64,000 bases of DNA, taken from the NCBI GenBank assembly GCA_964016885.1, contig OZ024742.1:266910001-266974000 (forward strand), given 5' to 3'. A program made the position numbers and the translations under genes. This DNA is from Eledone cirrhosa (taxonomy: Eukaryota). The notes beneath the pieces were generated by a model. It searched no databases, had not been told where the DNA came from, and saw only the letters and a list, made by a program, of their open reading frames with translations. Position 1 is the first letter of the stretch; each line of letters starts with the position of its first letter. Of the stretch, positions 14,010-28,924 are shown in pieces.

Positions 14010-14447
14010 TAGGTTATATGTTAATAATGAGATATAAAATAGACAGATCTGGTAGAGTTGTTGAACTACACACCTACACACATAAATGAATAGTTTATAA
14101 TGGTGAAGGCAGCTACTTACTGGAAGTGTTGATAACAAAGAATTGTGCAAAGATTTGCCACAAAAGCAGTGAATAACATATCTCAGGTATTGGATGGCCA
14201 TTGACACTCAAGAATTCCTCCAATATTTGATGGGTTTTGCTTTTCATCCCGCAAAGCGTTCGAAAAATAGCCCTCTTCACCAAGTCAGCTTGGTGGGGTT
14301 GCTGGTTTAGTCACCGATGACCTGGCTATGAGACAAATTGTACTGGGCTACATGCTAACAGTAGTGCGCATGGGTTATTTGAACCCCACCCCCATTCATG
14401 CACGCATACACACACACACAGACACACACACACACACATATATATAT

Positions 14448-14490
<43 letters not shown>

Positions 14491-16663
14491 GAGAGAGAGA
14501 GAAACAGAATTAATGATTTGCTCGTTTACAATCTTTAAACACTAAAACATGTTCAAAATGAAATTAATAAAATGTAAACTGATTTGAGTGGCATCTGCTG
14601 AAGTGAAATTAAATCGAACAACACGAATTAATTACCATCAATAATATTCTTAATTTAATTATTTCTTAATTAAGATTGACGCTTCATAACAAGTATACTG
14701 ACGTATTCTGCTCAGGGTCACGTCCGATTCGGAACAGCAATAGTGTATGCGTTAGAGCGATGCACTCTCTACAAACAATAGCAATAATGAAGATTTAATT
14801 AATTAAGAGATAAGAGTAAAACAGAGTTGCCTAGGGAGACATTGGAAAACCTGTACCAAAATATTAATACACAAATAAACAGGAGTAAATTTATAAGTAA
14901 CATTTGAAGGTGACCTCATTCAAATAAAAGTTTCTTCAATAAGTACAAAATGCAGTAGACGTAATGCGGCACCCAGTTGAACATCATCACCAGCTTCTTG
15001 GCTGACGTTAGTAGAGCTCACTATGTTGCAAACGTTTGGTGTAGGTTTCCATCGACCAATCCTTGACGTCAAGAAAAAGAAAAAGTCACGAGTTCTGTAC
15101 CCCGCCCTGATTAACAAAACAAAAAATGTATATTGCATTCACTAACTTGCTATACACCGACAGAATATTCTCTATGTATTTCACTGTTCATAACACAGGA
15201 AAGTAACAATCTTTTCCATGATCTATTCTATGAATTAATTGTTGCCGATGGCAGATCATTGCTAGTTTCTTGGTTTAGCAGCTGCACATGTGGAATGCTC
15301 ATTTTAGTTAATTACGTGGGAATAAGCAGATGAGGATATATTGGATTGCTGGATGATAATACGTTATTGTTGTGCTTTTGTTACTTATGAGGATGATGAT
15401 GTTCATGTTAGTGACAATGATGTTGTTGCTACAATTTAGTCCAGCGTTCAGGTCAACTCTGATCTAGCAGATATATAATTCAGGATATATTATAATACAA
15501 GAGCTATATTGTCTCATGAGCTCTTTGTTTCGAGGGTGTTACAGTGTTGTTTGGTGGTGATATCGCTGCACATTATAGCATTTTGAGAAACCATGCTTCC
15601 GTGTTGAGTGTTTCGACAGCTTTTCAAGCTACGTTCATCGTCTTATCTGGGGGGAAGACATTTGGTGTTCAAATCGTACTATGGCTAGAGATAGAAGTAT
15701 CATTTTAAAGTCACTCTAATGTCGATAGGGTATTTGATTAGGGATAAAAAAGTCTGAATCATTTTTAAACATAACGATAACACAAGGATTTGGTAATGCA
15801 TAATAGAGTGAACGAACGCATATGAAGAAAATTTAGTTTTGAAATAGGTAGAATGTATGTTAGCTGCTTTAATATTAGAGCCATTGTTTTAGTATAGCAA
15901 GAGGCTTTATATACATTTTATTTTGAGGAAAGAAGAAAGTCTAACTATATGTAACCACCTTAAAATACAAAGTTAACTGTGTAAGTATGTCATTAAATAA
16001 TCGTAGAGCTAGATGCTGCCAACATGTAATTCTACGATGATATTAATTATTTATGAAACTAGAATGACAAGATGAAAACAAATTGTGTGTATAATTGCAG
16101 AAAGGTCATCGGCTTCTATTGTATAAATGTCAGAAGAATCGATTTAAGCGTATTTATTTATTTCTATAGTTGCTTATCTTTACTGTTTGAAAAAAACATT
16201 CTATTCCTATAACACGGATAATGAATCATAACCCCTCCTATATCAAACACACATGCTATTTTATAAAATGCACGGAATGAGCAAACGGGGAAATTTCAAC
16301 GTGGTCGCTAGACATTTTTGAAATAGCAGTCATATCTCCTCAAATCGTATCTTACCCTTATATATAGGGCGGCGTGTATATATTCTTGGCCACAACTAAA
16401 ACGATTTTGATCACAGATGAGCATATTTCAATGCACAAGGCTTAACTGTGGCTAAAAAACTACAACATGTAACAGCAATGTCTGTGTGCATGTGCATATA
16501 AGTAAGATTAAGATTTTGCATATTGTCATAGAGGAGATGAAATATAAAACATAATTATACTAAATCATGAATAAATACTCAAACCACGTTATAAACAACA
16601 TGTACCAAAAAAATAAAAATAAATGGCAGTTGTTAAATCTTCTTATATTCTGTTTATTTCTAG

Positions 16664-16990
16664 CATTATCATTGATTCAAGATGGCGCTGATTTGAGCAA
16701 AATAATTTGTCAGGGAGAAAACATACCAGAATTTACGACGCTAGCATTATTAGCACCAATTTCTGAAGATGAGCCTGAACTTGAAGTAGTTTGTAGTCAA
16801 TCATCATGTGAAACATCTAGTTGGTGGGCTTCCAGACTACAAATTGAATTAAGCATCAACGAAACATCTTTCAAAACCCGCTTCACCTTCTCGTCTGATA
16901 CGTGTTCAGTTTCTAAACAATTCAGTTGTTTTCTAAAGATGATGTTAATTGATTCTGTATTGGAAGATTCGAAAAGGTTTACCATCATAG
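16664..16990 (+). CDS. Exon encoding a V-like Ig domain of a putative Ig-Ig-chitin-binding protein
   Basis: Acceptor tttatttctag, donor G|gtaagg, 327 bp, phase 1-1, no stops. IICQG...VVCSQSSC...WASRLQI...TCSVSKQFSCFL. The upstream in-frame ATG at 16600 gives a signal-peptide-like stretch. Confidence 0.75.
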
Positions 16991-17230
16991 GTAAGGAGTT
17001 AAGAGCTACAATGACATTCCTATTTTATATTAATTTTGTCAATAACATTTTAATACATTTTCTGTACAATTATTTGAAGATGTACTATTGCTGTTTATAA
17101 CGATGATTTGCATGTCATCTCTAATATATGACGCCAGTTAAATTACCATTATCAACATCAACATTACTATCCCTTCATTATTATCATCATCCCCACCACC
17201 ACACCTATAATGCTCATTGTTAACAACATC

Positions 17231-17266
<36 letters not shown>

Positions 17267-17674
17267 ATATGTGGTTGACGGCTTTTACATGAATATGTAT
17301 GTTGTGTGTACATATATATTTATTTACATATATGTAAGCATCTGCGTATATGTATTTAGTATGCATTTAGTATGCATGTATCTGTATAATCGTTTACATG
17401 TATTTATGCATATTTATATAATTGTGCGAACATGTGTGAATATATCTGTATAGATATTTCTTTCCTTCTGCCAATCCCTCCAAACTTTTCCTTCTTTTTC
17501 ACTAAACCCGTACACACCTACCATCTCATTAAGCACCTGCCTTCCACTGAGCTGTTAAGAGTTTATGGGTAAGTCCATTACCATCATCCTCTTCACACAG
17601 TTCCCCTCCCTCCACCTCTACCAACCTGTCCACTTAATTACCCTTCCTTAGTTAAATTGCCCTCTTCCACGGCG

Positions 17675-17810
<136 letters not shown>

Positions 17811-17862
17811 CTCATTTACTCATTTACCTGTTCCAGCTGAGGCCATGTTGGGAGGAAAAGAC

Positions 17863-18039
17863 TCAGGACTCCGACGGCTGAGGTCCGGCCGTTTCGGCGG
17901 CTAGATCTAACTTTGGAAACGGCCGGACCTCAGCCGTCGGAGTCCTGATTATTTTCCTATTACCCACTCTACTACCCTAAGTATCGAGTACTCTGGTGCG
18001 TTATGGTCAACCTGGTTCCTTACCACACTTCCTTCGTTA

Positions 18040-18040
<1 letters not shown>
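17863..18040 (+). mobile_element. Penelope pseudo-LTR fragment with a 33-bp perfect inverted repeat
   Basis: 17916-18040 matches the reverse complement of about 21480-21600; arms at 17863-17895 and 17916-17948. Confidence 0.7.
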
Positions 18041-18092
<52 letters not shown>

Positions 18093-18119
18093 ATAATAAT
18101 AAATTTGAAGACTAAAATC

Positions 18120-18700
18120 CAAAGAGGGCTCGATAAGGATAAATATATATAAAATATATAAGAACCGTAGAGAAAATATTTATTAAAATAACAGATTAAA
18201 GTTTAAGCAAAAAATCGCTGCTTTCACCCTTAACGGGATCTTCTGAAACTAACAAAGTCAATCTGTAAACGCAGAAGTGGATATTTCAAAAAACGTTGCA
18301 ACCGGAGGAAGACAGGCAGACGATACTTTGGTTCGTGGAAACGTTCGCTATGCAAATAAGTAATGGTATAAACAAAACATATACTTAGCTCCCACATCCA
18401 GACGTAAAATATCCACGTATAAATCGTACTATCCGTTAGGATATAACGAGGGGCTGTAATACAGGAAAGTTTTGTGCAATTTATGTTTACAAGCCGAAAT
18501 TGCCTCAGATTTTTTGTTTAAGGTGTGGTCTGTGGCGTAGAGTTTTTCCAGGGCCTCAGCGGCGCAGAGGTCACATGGTCTTTTATTTCCGTTATACGAT
18601 CTAGCCCTAGCTAGGATCTCCCAGTGTAACTTATATTGGGTGTGGTTGTCTTTTAGACTCCAGATATAAGCTGAAAGTGACCTATCATTGCACATCTTAC
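18120..18700 (-). mobile_element. Penelope-like element 3' end (C-terminal part of the GIY-YIG region and pLTR)
   Basis: LSAYIWSLKD..YKLHWEIL..ARSY..CDLC.AE..LNKKSE..SACKH; degenerate hammerhead core at 18215-18250; pLTR recurs at 36.7-37.0 kb. Confidence 0.8.
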
Positions 18701-18984
18701 AGAGGGTCAAAGGCAAAACGATGGCCACTGACGTCGTCTGAGCTTTTAGTTGTGTATTTGAGAATTCATCGGTTTCCAATCAAGTAGCGTGAGGAAATTT
18801 GGCTTAGTGTTAGAGGTCATTACCTCCCTCCCTCAGCATGCCCCTTCGTCAGTCACCCGCGTTTCTCAGTGATAGAGGTCATCACCACCCTCCTCCGCAT
18901 GGCCTGTGTGTGGCCATAGCTGAGTCATCGAGAAGCAGACGCTAAGATCAACACCTTTTCATCAAAGCAGATATTATTTTACCT

Positions 18985-19012
18985 ACCCAGGCAACGCTGG
19001 GTACTGCTGCTA

Positions 19013-19013
<1 letters not shown>
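18985..19013 (+). mobile_element. Helitron 3' terminus
   Basis: Hairpin acccaggcaacgctgggt followed by CTAG|T; 5' end not located. Confidence 0.6.
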
Positions 19014-19083
<70 letters not shown>

Positions 19084-19397
19084 CAACTGAAAAATCAACT
19101 TATAATTTTAACTATGATTCTTATATTATTTTACCATTATGTCAACACATCTTCCAACCCTTGCCCCTTCATCCCTTCATCTTTCTTCGCTAGTCCTCTT
19201 CTTTCTCTTTTCTTTTTTCTCTTTGCTCTTATTTGCTTCCTCTTTCTTATTTTCCTTTTATCCCCCCCTTCCCCTGAGTAATAAGGCTCAGTATTCAATA
19301 ATACAAAGAATATTTAAACTCTACTTCGGTATTGAATACTCATTCTGACATTCATCAATAACACACTGATATATGTATATATATATATGTGTGTGTG

Positions 19398-19460
<63 letters not shown>

Positions 19461-19716
19461 GTGTGTGTGTATGTATATATGCATACTAAATATAAACAAT
19501 TTGCATCTGAAAAGGAAGGATATTAGAGATTTAATAGTTCATTTTCTCTCCATTATCATTTATACCTCATGTACACATTCCGTTGCTAGTTAATAACAAA
19601 GACATACAAGATATTCTAACGAACAAGTCATAAGATATTTATATAAATATACAATTGCGAAATGTCAGCAAATATGTAACTTATAAATTTGACACGAGAA
19701 CAGGTATTAATTCTCG

Positions 19717-19795
<79 letters not shown>

Positions 19796-21323
19796 CAGAT
19801 TCCAACACCACACGGAAAAAAACATATTAATATAGACAGAAACATACGCACATAAACACACACACACATATATATATACAGACATACTCATTCATCAATG
19901 CATGCACGTATATACACTTATAAACACACACCTACAGATAGACACACAAACATACGCACAATGGCATACACACACAAATACACACACGCTTATTTAGAAA
20001 TATATACATGTATACGCATGTACACACAGACACACATAAAAACGCACATTCACTCACGGATAAAGATACTTACGCGAACATACACACACTACATACAGGA
20101 GGAATAACACACATGCTCTGTGCGGTTCTCACAATCATGACAGTGACTGACGTCAAAAAAATATAATTGTACATAAACAGAAACAGACAAATATGATAAT
20201 ATGCACACACTACAGAAACATAAAAACAAACACTTGGACACAAACATACAGAGATACATATAGATCCTGACAGACACTCACGCATAACAACGCGGACATA
20301 CGCACACATATACGGTGAACCCGAACTGAATACCTGCAAATTACACAACACACACATATATAGACACACATATAGATTCATACATAGACAAACCAACATC
20401 ATTAATCATATAGAAACACACACACATACATAAAATCGCAAATCAGACATACAAATATATTTACGCATCGAGATAGATTTCCACACACATTGACACAAAG
20501 AAATACAAACAGTGTCCCACACACTAAAGACATAACCCAATGACTGACCCTTACGTTATCCCTGCTACCGTTTATCCATTGTCTTTTGTGGAATTTTATT
20601 ATACCCCTTTAAAATAGACTACTTGCAATTCCGCATACTTTCAGTTCTTTCATACTACTGATTTACACCTTATTCTTCTACAGCCTACTACCACTGGAAT
20701 ACTACAAAATATGCTAAATTTAATTTATTCATAGCTTTTCTTGCATAGCATTTCTTGCATAGCACTTCTTTCCATAACTCACAACTCACGTACGGAGACC
20801 CTATTCAAAACAATCACACTGCTTTAGCAATACACATTTATGTAACATACTCAAAATAATCTATATCGTACACAGGGACACTTTCGGGTGCACATACAAA
20901 CAGACACCTTAGGCGCGCTAATGTACACATAGATAGATCGATATATATTGACACACATATTCACACACCTACATATAAATACACTTACATATATATGCAG
21001 CTGCCCATAATTCATAACCAGAGACACACACAGAGCCGCACCATTTTCCACATATATTCCTGCAGCAACAATAACACCTTTAGTATATGCAGCAGATGTA
21101 CTTCAACTGTACACAACAATGTACACAACAGCGCCACTAACTGATCCATACACTCATCCATCACTAGCGCATACACGTTCAAGTTTGAAAATATCAATAC
21201 ATTCATGTCCACATCTCCCGTCTCAATGCCATACTACTCCCTAACCCTCCATTTTTTATTTTCATTTATGCAAACCATACTCGAAGACGCGCGTACTCGA
21301 GTTTGCAAATTTGTTGTGGAAAT

Positions 21324-21394
<71 letters not shown>

Positions 21395-21426
21395 ACCGAT
21401 TGTGTTGTTATTTCTGTTTACCTTTT

Positions 21427-21457
<31 letters not shown>

Positions 21458-21479
21458 AATATATATATGTGTGTGTGTG

Positions 21480-23270
21480 TAACAAAGAAAGTGTGGTAAT
21501 AAACCAGGTGGACCATAACGCACCAGAGTACTCAATACTTAGGCTAGTAGAGTAGGTAATATGAACAGAGTCAGGGTTTCGACGGCTGAGATCCGGCTTC
21601 TCAACAGCTAAATATTTGTTGTTTTTCTTGTCTGTCACTGGGAGTGGTCAATGATGGTTGGGATATCATGTACATGGTTAAATTCCTTCATAGGTGGTGT
21701 TCCTAACCATATAGCTTGAGGAAAATTCCCGTCCTTAGGTGTCGACAATAAAAGGAGTGACCGTGATTATTCCACTTGTCCTTGAAGTTCGTTGAGGTTG
21801 CTCCTATGTATCTATACATCTCATTGGGGGTAGCGACCTGCACTAGTAAACTAGATTTTTCACCAGGCATTTGTTGTCAAGCGGGCAAGAGACGGGCTTT
21901 CTGCAGTTACAATTTGGTCGACAGCTGTGTATTTACTACGGGATTTCCAATGGATAGGCTGGAGCGGCCGGTACCTATGACTTGCATAGGATCCCTGAGT
22001 AAATTAGTGTTATTCGGGGTAGTTCCGTGCCTAATACTCACCCTGACCGGGGATGCTGGCTGTCCCGAGAACCAGTTGTCACTAGTCTAAACGTCCTAAG
22101 ACTATTACTGTTGATACTAGCTAAGTGCCGGGCTATGCTTCTCGGGATGAATTATTATAGTTTCACCGTGTGCCTGTTAAATCTTTTTATGGTACCTGTG
22201 GGTCTTTGGGAAGCATTTATCCAGCGCCCTAAAGAACAAATGGGCCAGGTTAGTCTGCTAGACCCACAGATTGTGGTGGATTGTATCAGGTCATTGTTCT
22301 ATGTCTAGATCTAGTGTGGGTTGAGATCGCTTCAGGCCGTTGGGGAATACCGCCCCGAACATAGCTGCTGCCCCGCTGCGTGGTAAGGTTCCTAAATGCT
22401 GTCCGGTCTCCGTATGTAGGGCGATCTTGGCCCTCACTAGTGTTTCCACGCTGGAGCATTGCACTGTCTACCCCAGTTTGTGTCCTGTGGTCGGAGATTC
22501 ACGGGTCATGGTGGCTTGTAGCGGCGTTAGTCCATTCCTGTACATTACGTTTATTCGCATGGCAGGGCATATGCGCAGTTCCTGTCGGCGCGATGGTGCT
22601 TAGATCCTAATGATAAAATAGTTCTAGGTCCCGAGGGTTTTGATGCAATAGCCTCTACCCTCTTTGTATTTAATGTGCTTCCTCCCTTCCCTAGAATAGT
22701 TGTCGAGTGCCCTTAGAGTGCATCCCTATTATAACCCCTAATGTTATAACTAATATTATAGCCATGGGGCGCCTTAGCTAAAACTGTATTGTAGTATTCA
22801 GCATTATCATTGACGATCTCTTGGCTGGCAGATAAATTGTAAATGCTGTTCAAGACACTTCTAACCACAGCCTTGATAACTGATCTAGGGTGGTTAGAAT
22901 TAGGGTTAACATATACGAGCTTTTCATTCGATTTGTGGTAGAGGTAGTAGGGTTTAGTATTAAGGATTATGATGGTATCTTAAAAGTTAACAATTTTCCT
23001 ATTAGGGTCTACTTTATTCTAGGTGTTAAATTTCGAAAAAATTACTAAATCCTCGTCTTCATTCTCTCCATCATATTAATAGTATGGTCAGAGACTATGA
23101 AGAGGACATCATCCCGGTATAAACCACTGCCGAGATTGGGGATTTCTTCTTTAATTTGCATGAGTATGAACATCTCAACCAGGTCCGGTACCTGCGCGGA
23201 GTCACTGGAGCCTATAGTGATATCAGTGTTGTTGGCTCTATGACTCCTTGTCAAGAGGTCTCCACCTATA
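21480..23270 (-). mobile_element. Degenerate Penelope-like element (RT, GIY-YIG, pLTR)
   Basis: ITIGSSDSAQVPDLV...GLYRDD; YVNPNSNHPRSVIK; YRYIGATSTNFKDKWNNH; hammerhead-like ctgttga...gccgtcGAAAc at 21570-21610. Confidence 0.85.
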
Positions 23271-25709
23271 ATGGCGCTACTAAGGAATCCAAATGACTTG
23301 ATGATATTGCGTTGAAGCTACATTTGACCAACAGATAGTGGCATTTATAAACCCCTTTGTTGATGTTGTGAGGCGCTGCTTATTCTTATTCATATGTAAT
23401 CTGTGCTTTGAGAGAGCAACACTAAATATCAGTCTGGTGCATATCAATGAATCGAAACAACAGAAGTAAGCTTTATTTCTTCCTTATATTATTCTTTTTT
23501 TTTCTGTTCAACTTCTAGCTGTCTGATTAGGTTATATCTGTTGCATAACGGTTATCACTGAAATATATATAACAGCGACTATAAATAAACGTGAATTATA
23601 ACATGTTGACTATAAACATGATTATAATTATACTCCAGATTAAACAGATCCACTTGTGTACTTCGTCGAAGCTGTACCCTGCACACTAAAGTGTCGGTGT
23701 TAAACTAACACATACTCTAATTATTATTTCACTCCACCTGAGTCACCCATCCGTAGGATGTGGTGGAGGGCGTTCTGCTTCGACCGGGTAACACCTAATG
23801 TTACCAACCCACACAATGTTTAAATCAAGGAGAAATCCTTCTTGGTTATAGGCTGTTGGAGGAGTTTGAAAATGATATTATGAACATCATTTCAAAACTT
23901 GAATTCTCTAGTAGCAATTTCCGCGGTCTGGAGTTCCTGAGGAGTTTAAATAGTAGGAGCCACTAAACTAAGAGAGTTGGCGTATTCAGTCAGCATATTG
24001 CCGGCTGTATTCTTATCTGTAAGTTGATATATGTATATTGAACAATATTGTTGTTTTTGCTGGTGTTGTTGTTGTCATATTACTACTGCTACAACTAATT
24101 ATCTGTTGTTTTGAATGAGTACATTTTTAGCCAATAACGGCCCAGATATTTTGTGGGACAGAATCCATTTGTCATTTGCTATTCTCCTAATATAATTCAT
24201 ATCTGTATTGATTTATCTACACCTATCTTACCCTTTTCTCCCTCTTCCATCTCTTTCTCCTAACCTTCACCTTCGTAAATCCTTCATTATTCTTCCTCTT
24301 TATTTCTTCATCTACTTATGTCCTTTTATCTAAAATAATATTCTCCGTGTATCTCTCATGCATCTTTCATGTGTTTCTTATTCTCTTTCTTTTTCTTTTA
24401 CCGTATCTTTTTTTTCTTTTTTTACTTTTTACTTTTTCCTTTAATTTTAGCTTGCCTTCTATATATCTTGATGTGTGAACAATTCTTTTTCAATTTGTTG
24501 TGTCTACATATGAATTTTTAAGTAGTTGGATTTAATTTAATTTGATAGAAAGAGTCAAATATTAGCGATCCTAGACTGATATGTAACACATACAAAGAAA
24601 CACGTGTCAGTGTTATGTAATTAATGTTATTCCCACTCTTCTTGAATCTGATGTTTTAAATAATGATTTTGTAAATGTCAGCAATATTATATATATGAGA
24701 AAAGTAAACGAAAAACACAATAGACGATGAAGTACAATGAAGATTTATATTATTTAGTTTCACGCTTAATAAAGTAGGAAAAGCCTAAACGTTTTAATCA
24801 GAAAATAGAAAGACAGAGGAAAATCAGCAGGAGTAGAAACGAAAAACAGTTCTTCGAGGAAAAGCGGGTCTGTTCATTTCACCATCTATTGGAAAATATG
24901 GTCCAGAAATTTCAGTTGGCCGTTATTTGAAATATTGTGATCAAAAGCGTCTTATATAGTTCTGAAATAAAAAAAAAAGACTTATTTATTTAGAGTGGGT
25001 ATGTATGTGTATAAGTTCATAAGTAGGTGTGTGTGTGTGTGTGCGTGTGTGTGTGTGTGCACGCACGTGTGTATTTGTTGTTTAGCTGTACAAGCTCTGA
25101 GGATATGTTTGTGTATAGATTTCAGAGAGAGGGGGGGGAAGAGAGAGGGAAAAGAGAGGGGGAGAGAGAAGGAGAAAAAGAGAGAGGGGGAGAAAGAGAG
25201 GGGGAGAGAGAAGGAGAGGAGAAAGATAGATAGAAAGAGAGAGAGAAAGAGGGGGAGAGAGAAAGGGAGAGAGTGTGTGTGAGCATGCATGTTGTTGGTC
25301 TGTATAAAGCTTTGAGGCTGTGTTTTTGTGACCGTAACAAAGCTGTAGGAAACTCGATGGCTAGGGAGATGTGCGACATTAGGACGGGGGATGTAGGTAT
25401 TAATGTAGGGATGTTTTCATGCCTCCATCTTAAATTATATATATACATATACACTTGTTTTGAAATATATATTATTTGATTATCCGTGTTGAAATCCTTC
25501 ACCGTACACAATGGCTGGATGATACACAAACATCTCATATCTCATTGATATTAACATCTGTCTGACGACAACGTGTTAGACGTACGTAATCACATAATTT
25601 CTGTCTAACGCCCCTGAAATGTACATGACGGATGCTATATAATATGAAATAAACTAAAGTATGGAAATATAGAACCTCTTCTTTGTATTTATTAAGACAC
25701 ACACACACA

Positions 25710-25752
<43 letters not shown>

Positions 25753-25781
25753 ACATACACACAAACACAGAGAGAGAGAGT

Positions 25782-25861
<80 letters not shown>

Positions 25862-26128
25862 AATAGTGTTTTCGCAATCAATCGATTCTCAGGCGGAATT
25901 TAAACCATTTTTATTTGTTTTACGCGGGTTTCTTAGAAAGGAAATGTAAAGATACGGTTTCTCAAATATTCTCAGTTAAGTAAGATTCCCGTATAGGGAA
26001 GTAACTCCCTATATCAAATATCCAGCATGAAACAAAACATTTGCCCCAACGCCATATTTCTAAATCTGTGTTAATAATATATGAAATCCTTATTGAAATA
26101 TGATTTTCTTTCCATATTACTGGAGCAG

Positions 26129-26449
26129 CACCTCCGAAGAAAGCCTTATTAAAATATAAAAAAGGAATATCAGCAAATTGGCAAACTGATCTGGAGTGTA
26201 TAATTATCGGAGCGAAACCCTCAAAAGTCTGGCTGGAAACACAACAGATTTCGATGGCCAACTTTAGTGAGTATAGAACAAATGTGAATCCAGATATTCA
26301 GAAAGATGGATGCTTTTATCAAAGTTCCTACCGTTTTGACGTAAAATTTCCTACAAATTTCAACTTATCGACTATTCGGTGTGCTATGAATTTCACCTCA
26401 AACTACAAAACATTTTTTACTAATGAAAACGAATTGAAATTGATACCAG
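26129..26449 (+). CDS. Exon encoding a second (C2/I-like) Ig domain of the same putative gene
   Basis: Pyrimidine tract and cag acceptor (alternative gag three bases upstream), donor G|gtatgt, 321 bp, phase 1-1, open. [16 protein letters not shown]...[14 protein letters not shown]...STIRCAM. Confidence 0.75.
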
Positions 26450-26468
26450 GTATGTATATTCCTACGAA

Positions 26469-26533
<65 letters not shown>

Positions 26534-26626
26534 GCACATCAATCCATCCATTCATCCATCCATTTACCTACATACCTACCTACCGATCTATCGACCTACG
26601 TACATGCCTATCTATCTATCTATCTG

Positions 26627-26729
<103 letters not shown>

Positions 26730-26736
26730 GCACATC

Positions 26737-27664
26737 TCACAGTCCTCTGTCAAGCGGGCACAGAAATCAGTGGAGACTCCACTTCGATATTCTATAGAGG
26801 GTTCGTACTTTACAAGTGCAACGACTTGCTCAGGGAGACTGTAGGCGTCGAAGACGACGAGCTCACCAGTCTGTTCAGTAGGGCTTTCCGCCTGGGACGT
26901 ATGGACAACTCCCAGAGGTCGCTGGCCTGGCAGTGCTACCGAGGAGCTCTACCTGTTCGAGATAAGATCTACAGGCACGGACGCCCCGGCAGGGATCCTT
27001 CCAAGAGGACGTGTCCAAGATGCGAGCAGGACATTGAAACCGTCTTGCACGCAATTGTACACTGTCCCGGCGTAAGCGACCTGTGGAACTATGTAGAACA
27101 ACTGCTGTCGCGTATGGGACAAATACAGTTGACTTCCGAGTCCATAGTAAGGATCAAACCGCCAGCCTGTTTCAAAAACGAAAGAGAAGCGGTTTTCCTC
27201 TGTACAGTGGCTATGGTGAAAGAGGTTATATGGTGGACGAGATTGAGAGGACTGATGACAGATGCCTTTCTCTCCGGACAACAATTGATTCCCTTCTTTA
27301 AGTATCACGTTAGAAGGAGAATCAGAGTGGAGAGAGAGACACTGCACCCCAGTAAATTTACTGAAAGGTGGGTGAATGAAGCGAAAATGGCCCGAGTGAT
27401 TGGGCTCTCTCTGTTTATAAGCCTGTAAGTTAAAGAAGATAGCAAAAGGAATAAGGTAGCACTTTCACAACACGCTCCTGAAGTTGAGGGTTGTTCTATC
27501 GATGGGGTATTAAACAACCCATTTGAGGCGTTTCCCCCTATTGGGGATTTCTATTGTTATAATTGTTTGTTTCAATATGTTTACACGACTGTGTGTAAAA
27601 TCCCCGGCATGTGTCTTTGTATTGTTCCATTTTCTTGTGCGCCCTTGTAGCAAATAAGATAATA
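26737..27664 (+). mobile_element. 5'-truncated Tx1-like LINE with 15-bp TSD
   Basis: Open ORF2 C-terminus (LAWQCYRGALPV...CPRC..ETVLHAIVHC...WWTRLRG); TSD atctatctgcacatc at 26722-26736 and 27665-27679. Confidence 0.9.
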
Positions 27665-27804
27665 ATCTATCTGCACATCCATCCATTCATCCATCCATTC
27701 ACCTACATAACTACCTACCGATCTATCGACCTACATACATGCCTATCTATCTATCTATCTATATATCTATCTATCTATCTATCTATCAGTGTGTGTGTGT
27801 GTGT

Positions 27805-27841
<37 letters not shown>

Positions 27842-28924
27842 TGTGTGTGTGTGTGTGTGTGTGTTTACATTATATATAACATATGTGTGCTCTATGAGAG
27901 GGTAGTAGAAATGTAAAATGTTTACATGATGTAAGATCGGTTCACTTAGCTTTCTTATTTGCGTTTGACAAATATACGTTTACTTTCGTTAGTTCGTTAG
28001 ATACATTGCATTAAGACGAGACTTTTAATGTTTTGAAAGCAACCTACTAAAGGTTGTGTGAGGTTTTGCATATAGGGTCCGGTACCGACCAGCTGAAAAA
28101 CCGAGAGTTTGTATATTGTTAGTTGTACTAAAATGTGACCATGGACAATGAACGTAACTTTGACATATCCCAACTCTTCCAGCTGAAAATACTGTTGGCA
28201 CCTCACCCACTAAGAATACATTCATAGCTTGAAAGCTAGCTTACCCTGCCTTTATGAAATGGATGGAGTAGTCTCTAATAACAGGACTTGCCTAAGATGC
28301 CATATATAAATATCGAAGTAACATTCTGTAGTGCTTTATCTACGCATTGGGGTTTGGGTGCGTATATCTATATATTAATTTCACCAATGTCATTATTCCG
28401 TGTGTCATAATTCTCGATTATCATTGGTTCATAGGTTTCAAACGACTCCGCCCACTTCAACGACGCCAAACTTAAATTAATATGCATAATTCCAATGAGG
28501 GAGTGAGAGGGGAGAGAGAGGCAAAGTTAACGCTGTGTTTGGATACACTATGTATATGTGTCAGTGTAGAGACATGTGTGTGATGTGTGTGGAAATAAGA
28601 GGGGAGGGAAAGCAATAACTATTAACATGTGTGCGTGTGTATGTACGTGCGCGTATGTTTATGTGTGTGTGCGTGCGTGCAGCATTCCACAGAACATAAA
28701 AACTATCAACATGTGTGAGTGTGTGCGTGTGTATAAGTTTGCGTGCGTGTGCGGGTTTCCATGCGTGTATGTGTGTATACATGCGGTATCCCACAATCGC
28801 CACACAGTTTATCTGTCTGTGTGCCTGTCTGTTAGTCTAACATACACAGAATTGTGAAGGGAGTAAATAGGAACCTTTTATTTACATTGACGGACATCTT
28901 TTATATTAATTATCTATATCTATA

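Noticed and set aside
14920-15107. Minus-strand acceptor followed by a short ORF
   Set aside because: No domain similarity or partner exons recognised.
23335-23465. Open exon-like segment (cag|ATAGTG...AGAA|gtaagc)
   Set aside because: Phase 0-2, incompatible with the flanking phase-1 exons, and no recognisable domain.
28025-28225. Minus-strand ORF containing CQSYVHC, reminiscent of CBM14
   Set aside because: Only two Cys, the rest of the pattern is absent and there are no supporting splice sites.
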